Positions 47,216-56,376 of a stretch of 64,000 bases of DNA are shown piece by piece. The notes beneath the pieces were generated by a model. It did no database searches and was not told the DNA's origin. It saw nothing but the letters and a program-made list of their open reading frames with translations. Each line of letters opens with the position of its first letter. The stretch's first letter is position 1. Origin of the DNA: an uncultured Gemmatimonadales bacterium (GTDB taxonomy: Bacteria > Gemmatimonadota > Gemmatimonadetes > Longimicrobiales > RSA9); NCBI GenBank assembly GCA_963798085.1, contig CAWCRS010000005.1, positions 1-64,000 on the forward strand, given 5' to 3'. The position numbers and the translations under genes are program-made.

Positions 47216-48550
47216 TCAGACTTTCGGGTTGGCGATACGTTCGCGGATGTAGTTGACGACGTGATCCGTGCCGATGCGCTCCTGGCGCAGGGTATCACGG
47301 TCGCGCACGGTGACGGTGCCGTCTTCCAGCGATTGTCCGTCCACCGTGATGGCCCAGGGCGTGCCCGCCTCGTCCTGCCTGCGGTAGCGCCGGCCGATGG
47401 AGCCGCCATCGTCGAAAAACGAATTGAGGCCGGCATTGCGCAGCGCGCGATGCACATTGCGCGCGATTTCCGGCATGCCCTCCTTGTTGACCAGCGGAAA
47501 AACGGCTGCCTTGATGGGTGCCAGGCGGGGGTGCAGCGCGAGGACGACGCGGGTTTCGCCTTCGAGCGCCTCTTCGCGATACGCATCCACCAGCGCCACC
47601 AGCATGGTGCGACCGACGCCGACGGCGGTCTCGACGACGTACGGCAGGAAGCGTTTGTTGCGATCGACGGGATCGACGTACTCGAGCTTCTTCCCCGAAT
47701 ACTCCTGGTGGCGCCGCAGATCGAAGTCCGTGCGATTGTGAATGCCTTCGAATTCCTGCCAGCCGAAGGGAAACTCGTACTGTATGTCGAACGCGCGTTT
47801 GGCGTAATGTGCCAGCTCATCCTTGCCATGCTCGTGGAAGCGCAGCCTGGAGGGCGTGATGCCCAGGTCCTGAACGAACGCCATGCGCTGCGCGCGCCAG
47901 TACTCGAACCACTCTTCGTCACTACCCGGCTCGACGAAGAACTGCATTTCCATCTGCTCGAATTCACGCGTACGGAAGATGAAGTTGCCGGGTGTGATCT
48001 CGTTGCGGAACGCCTTGCCGATCTGCGCAATGCCGAAGGGAATGCGCTGGCGCGCGGCGTTGAGCACGTTCAGGAAGTTGACGTAGCTGCCCTGCGCGGT
48101 TTCGGGCCGCAGATAGACCACGGCCGCGTCCTCTTCGACGGCGCCCATGAAGGTCTTGAACATGAGATTGAACAGGCGCGGCTCGGTGAAGCTGTTGCGC
48201 GCGCCGCACACGGGGCATTGCCCTGTCGCCAGCTCCGGCGCATCGGCGCGGAAGCGGCGATGGCAGTTGCTGCACTCGACCAGCGGGTCCGTGAAGCCGG
48301 CCACGTGCCCGCTGGCTTCCCAGACGCGCGGATTCATGAGGATGGAGGCGTCGAGGCCCTCGATGTCGTCGCGTGCCAGCACCATCTCCCGCCACCACGC
48401 TTCCTTGACATTGTGCTGCAACTCGACCCCGAGCGGGCCGTAATCCCAGACGGACCCGGTGCCGCCATAGATCTCGGACGTCTGAAATACATAGCCTCGC
48501 CGTTTGCAGAGCGAGACCAGCTTGTCCATCAGGTCGGATTCGTTGGCCAT
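47216..48550 (-). CDS. glyQS: glycine--tRNA ligase (alpha2, eukaryote-like type)
   Basis: LCKRRGY, WDYGPLG, YLRPETAQG, FRNEITPGNFIFRTREFEQME, SIGRRYRRQDEAGTP. Confidence 0.97.
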   Translation of the reverse strand: MANESDLMDKLVSLCKRRGYVFQTSEIYGGTGSVWDYGPLGVELQHNVKEAWWREMVLARDDIEGLDASILMNPRVWEASGHVAGFTDPLVECSNCHRRFRADAPELATGQCPVCGARNSFTEPRLFNLMFKTFMGAVEEDAAVVYLRPETAQGSYVNFLNVLNAARQRIPFGIAQIGKAFRNEITPGNFIFRTREFEQMEMQFFVEPGSDEEWFEYWRAQRMAFVQDLGITPSRLRFHEHGKDELAHYAKRAFDIQYEFPFGWQEFEGIHNRTDFDLRRHQEYSGKKLEYVDPVDRNKRFLPYVVETAVGVGRTMLVALVDAYREEALEGETRVVLALHPRLAPIKAAVFPLVNKEGMPEIARNVHRALRNAGLNSFFDDGGSIGRRYRRQDEAGTPWAITVDGQSLEDGTVTVRDRDTLRQERIGTDHVVNYIRERIANPKV

Positions 48551-48778
48551 GCCTGTTCGACTCTCGCCACCCTGTTATCGAGGCGCGGAAAGTAGGGGTG
48601 GGGCCGCGGCTCGAACAAGACAGGCGACAATGTCGAGTGGGATGGCAGGCGCAGCGCGGCCGGACGGCGAGGCGGGCCGGAACGCGATGACACTGCCGTT
48701 GGCGATCGCCACGGGGCGTGCCGATTCTCGCGATATCGATGATGCGTGCTGCACGGACCGGGTTTGGAGCTCCGGCCG

Positions 48779-49099
48779 TCAGGCGTGCGGGTGATGCCTC
48801 TCCATGGCGGCTTCCTCGGGCTGCGCGGACTGCACGCGGAAGATGCCCAGGCGCTGCGCCGTGGCGATGTAGCTGGCCCACACGGACACGCCGCCGAAAG
48901 CCAGCACGCCGATCAGACCGCCGCCCGCGGCAGTGCAGAGCGCACCCACCGCCAGCAGCGCAACCGCCACCGAGATCATCGCGTGATCCGTTCGCCCCTC
49001 ATGGAGCGAACGGGCACGCAGCGCGGCGAGGGCGGCGCCGCCCGCGGCGCACGCCACGAGCGCGATGAGAAGCAAGCCAGCGCGAACCCAGGGCGACAT
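48779..49099 (-). CDS. small hypothetical membrane protein
   Basis: 106-aa ORF with about three hydrophobic segments, downstream of mlaD. Confidence 0.65.
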   Translation of the reverse strand: MSPWVRAGLLLIALVACAAGGAALAALRARSLHEGRTDHAMISVAVALLAVGALCTAAGGGLIGVLAFGGVSVWASYIATAQRLGIFRVQSAQPEEAAMERHHPHA

Positions 49100-49118
49100 G
49101 TGTCCTGCTCCGTGCGCC

Positions 49119-50009
49119 TCAGAAAATGCGGACGTTGATGTAGCGACTCGGACGCTCGCGAATGTCGGTCGCGAGCAGGCGGAACTCGTGCAATGTCTGA
49201 TGCAGCTCCATGTACATCGTCGAATCATTCACCAGCCGGCCCATGGTGCCCTGTCCGTGGTCGATCTTGGCCATGACGGACTGGAACGAGTCGAGCGAGC
49301 GCTCCATGCTGTTCGCGGCGGAGGTCAGTGCCTGCGCCGTCTTCTCGAATTCGCCGGTCGCCGCATCCAGCTGACCGAGTGCGCGGTTCACGGCATCACC
49401 CGTGTGCGCCTCCGCGAACTCGTCCGCCGTGCGGCGCAGCGAAACCGCGGCCTGACGCAACTGTACGAACGTCTCGCGCAGCTGCACCGCGCTGGCGGGC
49501 AACTCGGCAGCGGTAGCCTGCACGTTCCGCACCGCCTCGGACGAGAGCAGCGAATCCACGGTCCCCAGCACCGCCTTCGTCCGCGCACCGAGATCTGCAG
49601 CCAGCTCCGTGATCTGCGGAGAGGCGGCGCCGCGCAGCGTGTCCTTGTCCTCCAGGCGCAGCACCGCGATACCCGGCTGAAGCTGGACGGAATGCGCGCC
49701 GAAGACGTCGCCCATCACCGCCGCCTTCGTGTCCCGTGGCAGTGCCAGATCATCGCGCACGCGAATACCCACCACGACACCGCCGGAGGGATCGAGGTCC
49801 ACATTCTGTACCAGTCCGACGTCCACGCCGTTCACGAAGACGCGATCGCCTCGCTTCAGGCCGGCGCCATTCTGCATCGCGATGGTCAGGTCGAGTCCAC
49901 CTGTGAGCAGCGGATTGCCGAGCAGATAGTAGAGGCCCCAGAAGAAAACCACGGTGGCGATCACCACCAGCAGTCCGAGAGCCGTAATGTTGCGCTTGCG
50001 TTTGTCCAT
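49119..50009 (-). CDS. mlaD: MlaD/MCE family protein
   Basis: N-terminal TM, GLKRGDRVFVNGVDVGLV, helical tail with GQGTMGRLVND and DIRERPSRYI. Confidence 0.9.
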   Translation of the reverse strand: MDKRKRNITALGLLVVIATVVFFWGLYYLLGNPLLTGGLDLTIAMQNGAGLKRGDRVFVNGVDVGLVQNVDLDPSGGVVVGIRVRDDLALPRDTKAAVMGDVFGAHSVQLQPGIAVLRLEDKDTLRGAASPQITELAADLGARTKAVLGTVDSLLSSEAVRNVQATAAELPASAVQLRETFVQLRQAAVSLRRTADEFAEAHTGDAVNRALGQLDAATGEFEKTAQALTSAANSMERSLDSFQSVMAKIDHGQGTMGRLVNDSTMYMELHQTLHEFRLLATDIRERPSRYINVRIF

Positions 50010-50038
50010 TTTGCCGAATCCCGTCCCGTTCCCGCGGC

Positions 50039-50794
50039 CTAGTGAGCCGCCGCCGATTCCATGATTTTGGTCCTGCGCACGAATTTCTGCACGACAGGAT
50101 CCTCGCTCGCCATGATCTCGGCCGGCGACGCATTCGCGCGAATCTTTCCCTCGTACAACAGCGCGATGTGATCGCCGACATCGAACGTGGTATCGAGGTC
50201 GTGCGTCACTACAATGCTGGTAACGCCGAGGCTCCGGCCGAGATCGAAAATGAGCTGGTCAATGTTGTCCGCGTTCACCGGATCCAGCCCCGTCGTCGGC
50301 TCATCCCACAACAGATAACGCGGCCGGCTGGCAATGGCGCGCGCTACAGCGACGCGCTTGCGCATGCCGCCCGACAATTCGGCCGGGTGTTTGGTGAGCA
50401 CGTCCGCTGTCAGGTTCACTCTGGCCAGCAGCTCCAGGGCATCTTCACGCAGGTCCCGGACCGACGTCGTGCTGGTTTCATCCACCTGCGCCAACGCCAG
50501 ATTCTCGGCAACCGTGAGCGAGTCGAACAACGCCGCGTTCTGGAACACGTACCCCAGATTGCGGCGCACGCGCTTCAACTCCTCCGGTGTGGCGCGCGAG
50601 ATGGCAATGCCGTCCACGATCACGTCGCCCTCATCCGGCTCGAGCAGCCCAATGGCGTGTTTCAGCAGCACGCTCTTGCCGCTGCCCGAGGGCCCCAGCA
50701 ACGCCAGCGTCTGCCCCTCTTCCACGGTGAGATTCACACCGCGCAGGACCTCGAGCGCGCCGAACGACTTGTGCAGGTTGCGGTACTCGATCAT
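50039..50794 (-). CDS. mlaF: MlaF-like ABC transporter ATP-binding protein
   Basis: GPSGSGKS, VFQNAALFDSLTV, LSGGMRKRV, DEPTTGLDP, VTHD. Confidence 0.93.
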   Translation of the reverse strand: MIEYRNLHKSFGALEVLRGVNLTVEEGQTLALLGPSGSGKSVLLKHAIGLLEPDEGDVIVDGIAISRATPEELKRVRRNLGYVFQNAALFDSLTVAENLALAQVDETSTTSVRDLREDALELLARVNLTADVLTKHPAELSGGMRKRVAVARAIASRPRYLLWDEPTTGLDPVNADNIDQLIFDLGRSLGVTSIVVTHDLDTTFDVGDHIALLYEGKIRANASPAEIMASEDPVVQKFVRRTKIMESAAAH

Positions 50795-50835
50795 TGGCAC
50801 CCGGGCGTTGTGGTTCGAACAGAATCCGGAGAAGC

Positions 50836-50887
50836 GTTTCTCGGGCTGGGGCTCGCGCTGGTTGCTTGGGAACGGCAACCACGGATC
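50836..50887 (+). repeat. dispersed intergenic repeat, copy B
   Basis: GTTTCTCGGGCTGGGGCT...GCTGGTTGCTTGGGAACGGC...ACGGATC, matching copy A. Confidence 0.7.
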
Positions 50888-51054
50888 GGGCGACCCGCGG
50901 CTCCAGATTCCGCGCGCGTCCTTTCGATCCCCGCCACGTCATGGCTCGTGCCGTCGGTTTGACGACGCGCATGTTCTACCCGCACGCAGGCGTAAGATTC
51001 AATTCCGGGCAAGGCGGTTCGGTTTCAGCAGGGGCAAGCGTCAGAGGTGCGGCT

Positions 51055-51146
51055 CCGTTCCCGGGCAACCAGCCCCGGCAGCCAGCCCGAGCAACGCAGT
51101 CGTTCTGTTGATGCCGTTCCCGGCCCCAGCCCGAGCCCCAGAAACG
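51055..51146 (-). repeat. dispersed intergenic repeat, copy C (inverted relative to A and B)
   Basis: The reverse complement contains GCTCGGGCTGGCTGCCGGGGCTGGTTGCCCGGGAACGG; copy A has GCTCGGGCTGGGTTGCCGGGGCTGGTTGCTCGGGAACGG. Confidence 0.75.
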
Positions 51147-51157
51147 CGGTTTCCGGT

Positions 51158-51922
51158 TCAGAACGCCTTCAGCAATGGGACCAGCAAGACATCGAGCGCC
51201 ATGAGAATGATGGTGGTGAGCACGACGGCGGTGGTGGTGGCGCGACCTACGCCTTCGGCGCCGCCTTTGCCTTCGAGGCCGACGAAGCAGGCGATGAAGG
51301 TGATGGCGAGTCCGAAGAGGCCGCCCTTGATGACGGAGAAGAAGAGCGGCCAGGGGCGGAAGTAGAAGCGCATGCCGTAGATCACGTCGGCAGATGTCAG
51401 CCCTTTCACGGCGAGCAGGCCGACGAACCAGCCGGCGGCCATGCCCATGGCGTCGGACAGGACGGTGAGTGGCGGGAACACGAGCAGGCCGGCCACGACG
51501 CGGGGTGCGACCAGGAACGCGACCGGGTCACGGCCCATGGCGTACAGCGCATCGATCTGCTCGGTCACCTTCATGGAAGCCAGTTCCGCGGCAATGGCGG
51601 CGCCAATGCGGGCCATCATCACGATGCCCATGAGCAGCGGGCCCAGCTCGGTGATCACGCTGGCGGCCAGAACGCTGCCCACCACCCAGAGGGGCAGGCC
51701 TCCGGTGAATTGCGCGCCGGTCTGCTGTGAAGTGACCGCGCCGCCGAGGAACGCCATGAAGAGAACCAGTGGCAGCGAGGCGATGCCCATCACATAGGCC
51801 TGCTGCAGGGCCGCATTGATGTAGAGGCGAGGCCGGGGCAGCACCTTGAATGTCTGCCAGAGCATCACCGTGGCGCGACCGATCCAGTTGAGAACAGCAG
51901 CCAGCAGCGCGCCAATGCTCAC
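51158..51922 (-). CDS. mlaE: MlaE family ABC transporter permease
   Basis: ELGPLLMGIVMMARIGAAIAAELASMKVTEQIDAL...DPVAFLVAPRV, GGAEGVGRATT. Confidence 0.95.
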   Translation of the reverse strand: MSIGALLAAVLNWIGRATVMLWQTFKVLPRPRLYINAALQQAYVMGIASLPLVLFMAFLGGAVTSQQTGAQFTGGLPLWVVGSVLAASVITELGPLLMGIVMMARIGAAIAAELASMKVTEQIDALYAMGRDPVAFLVAPRVVAGLLVFPPLTVLSDAMGMAAGWFVGLLAVKGLTSADVIYGMRFYFRPWPLFFSVIKGGLFGLAITFIACFVGLEGKGGAEGVGRATTTAVVLTTIILMALDVLLVPLLKAF

Positions 51923-53310
51923 GCCGTCACACGACCTTCCCGCTTGCTGCGCCAGGAGCGCCAGACGTAGTAGACCGGCACACCGGCGAGGATGATGCCG
52001 AAGTCGAGCAGCGTCGTGGCTGTCTGGCGCACGAGGGCATTGGCCAGCAGTCCGACGGAACCGATGAGGAATACCAGCGGAACGAAGGGATAGCCCGTGG
52101 TGCGATAGGGCCGGTGCAGCTCGGGACGGCGGCGGCGCAGCAGGAAAACCGCACCCACACCGAGCGCATAGAAGGGCCAGATGCCGAGTACGAAGTCGCC
52201 GGCAAGCCGCTCGAACGGCCGCACGGACACATACGCTATGCCCAGCCCGGTGGCGAGCGCGATCGCGGCCCAGGGGGTGTGCCAGCGCGGATGCACGGCG
52301 GCAACCGGCTTGAAGAACAGGCGATCCGAAGCCATGGCGAAGAAAATGCGCGGCCCCGTCATCATCGAACCGTTCAGCGAACCGAACGTGGACAGCATGA
52401 CGAGAGCCGCCACAATCGCGGCGCCGCGGTCGCCGAAGATGCGCGTGGCCGCGTCCGCCGCCACCAGCTCGGATGCCGCCACATCCGGTAGCGGCAGCAC
52501 GTAGAGGTACGCGGCGTTCGTGATCAGGTAGACCAGCACCACGGCCGCCGTGCCCAGCACGAGTGCGCGCGGGAGATTGCGTTCGGGGCTGCGGATCTCG
52601 CCCGCCATGAACGTGAGGTCGGCCCAGCCATCGTAGGCCCACAGCACGCCGATCATGGCGATCCCGAAACCACCCATGGTGGTGGGAGCCCACACCATGG
52701 GACCGGACAGCGCGCCATGGCCAGTGCCGAACGCGAACGCCAGCAGTCCCACGAACACGAGCGCGATCACCTTGGCCAGTGTGGTCGAGTTCTCGATGGC
52801 CGCGCCCCAGCGGACCGAGCGGATGTTGGCGGCGCCAATCCCGGCGATGAGCGCGCCCGCGAGCACGCGCTGGCCCACCTCGGACATGGGCAGGAAGCGA
52901 CTCGTGTAGGCCGCGAAGATGACGGCAATGGCACCCAGCGCGGAGGGCCGGATGATCACCAGCTCCGTCCAGCCGAACAGGAACGCCGGCACCGGACCGT
53001 AGGCTTCGCGCAGGAAGACGTAGATGCCGCCGGACCGCGGGAACAGCGCTGTCAGCTCGGCGAGCGTGAGTGCCCCGAACAGCGCAACGATTGCGCCCGC
53101 GACCCACACCAGAATGATGCCGCCCAGGGTGCCCACATCGCCGGCGACGCTGCTCGGTACACGGAAGATGCCGCTGCCTATGGTACTGCCCACGAGCACC
53201 GCCATGGCGCTCCAGAGACCGAGACTGCGCGGCAGGTCACGGTCGGCCGGTTCGCCATCCGGCGCCGTGGCGCGCGTTCGGGCGGGCTGTTCCAGTTGCA
53301 CGGCCGGCAA
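51919..53310 (-). CDS. APC family amino acid permease
   Basis: GSTIGSGIF, AELTALFPRSGGIYVFLREAYG, WAYDGW, GEIRSPERNLP, RPYRTTGYP. Confidence 0.95.
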   Translation of the reverse strand: MPAVQLEQPARTRATAPDGEPADRDLPRSLGLWSAMAVLVGSTIGSGIFRVPSSVAGDVGTLGGIILVWVAGAIVALFGALTLAELTALFPRSGGIYVFLREAYGPVPAFLFGWTELVIIRPSALGAIAVIFAAYTSRFLPMSEVGQRVLAGALIAGIGAANIRSVRWGAAIENSTTLAKVIALVFVGLLAFAFGTGHGALSGPMVWAPTTMGGFGIAMIGVLWAYDGWADLTFMAGEIRSPERNLPRALVLGTAAVVLVYLITNAAYLYVLPLPDVAASELVAADAATRIFGDRGAAIVAALVMLSTFGSLNGSMMTGPRIFFAMASDRLFFKPVAAVHPRWHTPWAAIALATGLGIAYVSVRPFERLAGDFVLGIWPFYALGVGAVFLLRRRRPELHRPYRTTGYPFVPLVFLIGSVGLLANALVRQTATTLLDFGIILAGVPVYYVWRSWRSKREGRVTA

Positions 53311-53450
53311 GATAGCCGGGCCTGTGTCGAGGCGGTACCCCCGCGCGGATCAGTGCCTTCCCCGCGTCGGCGAAATGACGAAGCGACGCGTCGGTGGCAT
53401 GCGACGCGTCGCCTCGAATCCGTGCAGCCGTGCCTGCTTCGTACCGCGAC

Positions 53451-53987
53451 TCAGCTGCGGGTCGCGGCCACCTTCGTTGCGCGCTCGGGCGCCGTGATCA
53501 CGCCCGGCGCCACACCCGCGCTCCGGCGCGGCAGCGCGCGCAGGCAGGCGGTACCCAGCCAGAGGAACGCGAACGCGGCTGTTACGTGCTTCGCGATGGC
53601 CCGCATGCCCGCCACCTGGAACAACGGCAGCTCGCCTGCTGGCACACTCGCGCGCAGCTGAAAGAAGTCCAGCACGAACAGCGGCACGAGCAGGCCGAGC
53701 GCGAGTGCGCACGCCAGATTCAGCGAACCCACCACCACGCGCGCACCTCGCTGGTTGCCGGCAAGCGCGACCGCGCTGGCCAGCACCATTCCCAGCAGCG
53801 GCGTCAGCAGGAACCCGGACAGCAGGCCGGACACCCCGTAGCGCCAGTCCAGTTGCGATGGGTGCAGCGGCAGAACATTGCCGACGAAATCGAACGCCGG
53901 TGTCAGCACCAGCAGCAGCGCCACGAAATACGCGGCGCCACTCATGCGGCCCAGGCCGCTACGATTGTCCTGCAGCACGTAGCTCAT
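53451..53987 (-). CDS. membrane protein, possibly HpsJ-like
   Basis: About 4 TM segments, with pattern LLLxxxxxxD..xxP......WRYG..xLL...PLLG...LLVPLFVLD. Starts 6 nt after the PEP-CTERM gene. Confidence 0.6.
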   Translation of the reverse strand: MSYVLQDNRSGLGRMSGAAYFVALLLVLTPAFDFVGNVLPLHPSQLDWRYGVSGLLSGFLLTPLLGMVLASAVALAGNQRGARVVVGSLNLACALALGLLVPLFVLDFFQLRASVPAGELPLFQVAGMRAIAKHVTAAFAFLWLGTACLRALPRRSAGVAPGVITAPERATKVAATRS

Positions 53988-53993
53988 TCTCGA

Positions 53994-54617
53994 TCAGACG
54001 CGCTCGAAGCGGAAGGACCGGCGGCGCCGCATCGCCAGCACGCCCAGCAGCAGGAGACCCGTCGCGAACAGGGCGACGGTCCCGGGCTCCGGTGTCACGT
54101 ACGTCAGGAACTCCTGCGTGCCACCGCGATCCTTGTCCACGTCCGTCACCACATAGAAGTACTTCGGATTGACCTCGCTGTAGTGCTGGTTCGCGAGATT
54201 GAGCCAGTAGTCCCCACTGGTGGGCGTCGGTCCGGCGCTCGTGAACAGGCGCCAGATCGTGGCCTGGATGTTCTTCCACTCGGCGGTCGCGTTCCTGCTG
54301 TACTGCTGCGTCAGCCACGCGGCTCGCAGATAGAGCGCATAGGCCGTCGCACCGCCGCGTGTCATGCTCAGATCGCCGGCCAGCGAGGAGAGGTTCGCCA
54401 TCCACACCTGGTTCAGCGAGATGTGGTGCAGAAAATCGACGCAGTACAGATCAATGCTGGGCTGGCCCGGCTCGGAGAGCAGCACCCCCTGGTACTGACC
54501 CACGTAGTAGCCGAAACCGGTGACGCCACCAGCGCTTGTGAACTTGATTTTTTCCTGGGCGGCAGCCGGGGAGACCGTCATGGCTGCGAGCGCGCCGATC
54601 AGCAGGAAACGTTTCAC
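53994..54617 (-). CDS. PEP-CTERM sorting domain-containing surface protein
   Basis: Signal peptide MKRFLLIGALAAMTVSPAAAQ, YVGQY, LYCVDF, and C-terminal VTPEPGTVALFATGLLLLGVLAMRRRR. Confidence 0.93.
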   Translation of the reverse strand: MKRFLLIGALAAMTVSPAAAQEKIKFTSAGGVTGFGYYVGQYQGVLLSEPGQPSIDLYCVDFLHHISLNQVWMANLSSLAGDLSMTRGGATAYALYLRAAWLTQQYSRNATAEWKNIQATIWRLFTSAGPTPTSGDYWLNLANQHYSEVNPKYFYVVTDVDKDRGGTQEFLTYVTPEPGTVALFATGLLLLGVLAMRRRRSFRFERV

Positions 54618-54709
54618 CGTCGAAACCCTCCACCCGTTCCGTGAGTTGGCGGACCGTCGCGCGGCTCCGCGCGGCGCGCTCCATCGCGCACCGTTGACAT
54701 GCTCGTGTC

Positions 54710-54725
54710 AGCATCGCCCGTGCCA
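54710..54725 (-). promoter_or_regulatory. putative sigma-54 (-24/-12) promoter of the PEP-CTERM gene
   Basis: Minus strand TGGCACGGGCGATGCT fits GG-N10-GC, about 90 nt upstream of the start. Confidence 0.65.
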
Positions 54726-54979
54726 CCGCCCTCCGCTCCAGCGGCCGGGCCGACGACGGCATGTCGTCGCAGGCACAAGCGCTTCTCGGTGAAGTAGTTG
54801 CACGCGGTCGCCTGCTCCTGCCCTGCCCTTTCACGAAGCCCCGCGGAGCGCACGCGGCGTGTCCGGCGGTGGAACGATTCGTGGCAGGGCTGCATCGCTT
54901 TGCGTGCGAACGCCGGTGTTCGCACGCCACAGCCTCACGCCCGGCACGCACGCTGACGCAAGGGTCACCGTCCACGCTT

Positions 54980-55052
54980 GCAGAATGCAAGTCGCGGGCT
55001 CTTGCATTCTGCGAACGCCGCGGGTTCTTAACACGCCGCGGGTTCTTAACAC
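54980..55052. repeat. 12-bp inverted repeat followed by an 18-bp perfect tandem duplication
   Basis: GCAGAATGCAAG-N9-CTTGCATTCTGC (54980-55012), then ACGCCGCGGGTTCTTAAC twice (55015-55050). Confidence 0.8.
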
Positions 55053-55248
55053 ACAGTTAAACCTGCAGGGGCATGCGGGGGCGCCCGCCGCGACCCCGGC
55101 GCTGCGGCCGGCCCGTGACAACAAGTCCAGGCCGGCGCACATCCCGGGTGTGACACGCGGCCAGCCGCGCTCACGCATCGAAAACAGGGACGGGCGCGCG
55201 AGGAACAGCGGGTCGCCCCGTAATATATGGTTAGCCGCGCACGGGGTG

Positions 55249-55584
55249 TCAGTCGTGTGCCGGACGCAGCCCCGCGACGATTCCGGGCAGCCGCGCGTGG
55301 GCGTTGTCGCACCCGGCACCGCTGCGCTCGAGGCGGATGATCAGCGTCATATGGCCCGGCCCGTCTTCCGTCATGGCGAGCGCCCACTGGCAGCCGCAGG
55401 CGAGCGGCTGCACGGGCGCCAGCTCCATACAAGCCAGCGCGCGCGCGTACAGCCTGGACTGCGCGAGATATTCCTCCCGCATATCGCCGGCACCGTGCTT
55501 TTCGGAGAGCCAGCCTGCGCGGTCGCGCAGGTTTTCCAGCTCGCGGCGCACGCGAGCCGTCGCCGCCGCCTCTGGCGCACTCAT
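55249..55584 (-). CDS. hypothetical protein
   Basis: 111-aa ORF MSAPEAAATARVRRELENLRDRAGWLSEKH..., with no recognised domain. Confidence 0.45.
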   Translation of the reverse strand: MSAPEAAATARVRRELENLRDRAGWLSEKHGAGDMREEYLAQSRLYARALACMELAPVQPLACGCQWALAMTEDGPGHMTLIIRLERSGAGCDNAHARLPGIVAGLRPAHD

Positions 55585-55897
55585 GTGCCTGCCCCGGGCG
55601 TTACGCCCTGTTCGAACCCTCGTCGGTTCCGCGACGAGCCGGCGGCGCGATGCCGCGGGCCCGCGTCTCAGCGCCCTGAAGATGGGGAGCCCCTCTGACA
55701 GCGCCGCCGCCCTTGCAGGCGGTCCGTGCACTGCTGCGGCGTGGGCGGCAAGCGGATCGACTTGGTGGGCGCCCTTACTCGCTATACCTTGAACGAGCGG
55801 TCCTGTGGAACGTTCGCCGGCAGATCAGCGTCGCGCGCGGGCTGAGGCGCGCAGTGGTGCAACAGGAGAACTCGAACCCACTCCCGGGGTTGCTGCG

Positions 55898-56311
55898 ATG
55901 CCCGTTTCCTACGCGGTCCATTCGGACCTTTGCCTGATTCGCACGCGGTGCAGCGGGCACACGACTCTGGCGGAAGTGCTGGCCCACTTCCAGGAGCTCA
56001 GGAGCACACCTTCGTTGCCCCAGCCTCTCGACGTGCATCTCGATCTCAGCGGATTGACGTCAAAGCCGACGCTCGACCAGATCGAGGCTGCAGCGGGCAG
56101 GACGGCATCACTCGCGCCCACACTGCGCTGGGGCGCGCTCGCCATTGTGGTAGACACGGAAAGCGCTCGGGAAACGAGCATGCTCTACGAAGCCCTCATC
56201 CGCCACTACTTCGAGCGCATCGGGGTTTTTCGGAAGCCGGCCGACGCAGAGGCCTGGTTGGCGTCGGTGCGCGAGGAACGAGGCCCTGACGCCGGGGATC
56301 GCCATCGCTGA
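55898..56311 (+). CDS. hypothetical protein, STAS/SpoIIAA-like fold
   Basis: MPVSYAVH..LIRTRCSGHTTLAEV, HLDLSG, ALAIVV, VFRKPADAEAWL, a pattern typical of SpoIIAA-like small proteins. Confidence 0.65.
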   Translation: MPVSYAVHSDLCLIRTRCSGHTTLAEVLAHFQELRSTPSLPQPLDVHLDLSGLTSKPTLDQIEAAAGRTASLAPTLRWGALAIVVDTESARETSMLYEALIRHYFERIGVFRKPADAEAWLASVREERGPDAGDRHR

Positions 56312-56376
56312 GCGGCAGCGCGCCCGCGGTCGCTCTGCCGTGTCGCCCGATTCCCGGTTCGCGCAATGGTGGAGAA

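Noticed and set aside
45554..48595. Very long plus-strand ORFs (1013 aa here; also 10466-12967, 16401-18398, 25946-27961, 34484-36274)
   Set aside because: These are antisense shadows of well-supported minus-strand genes, as expected in high-GC DNA. They carry no recognisable motifs.
54980..55052. Possible mini-CRISPR array
   Set aside because: Only two adjacent 18-bp units with no spacers, and no cas genes in the window.
53451..56376. Genomic island integrated at tRNA-Ala
   Set aside because: No integrase, no distal att duplication found by eye, and no obvious compositional shift.
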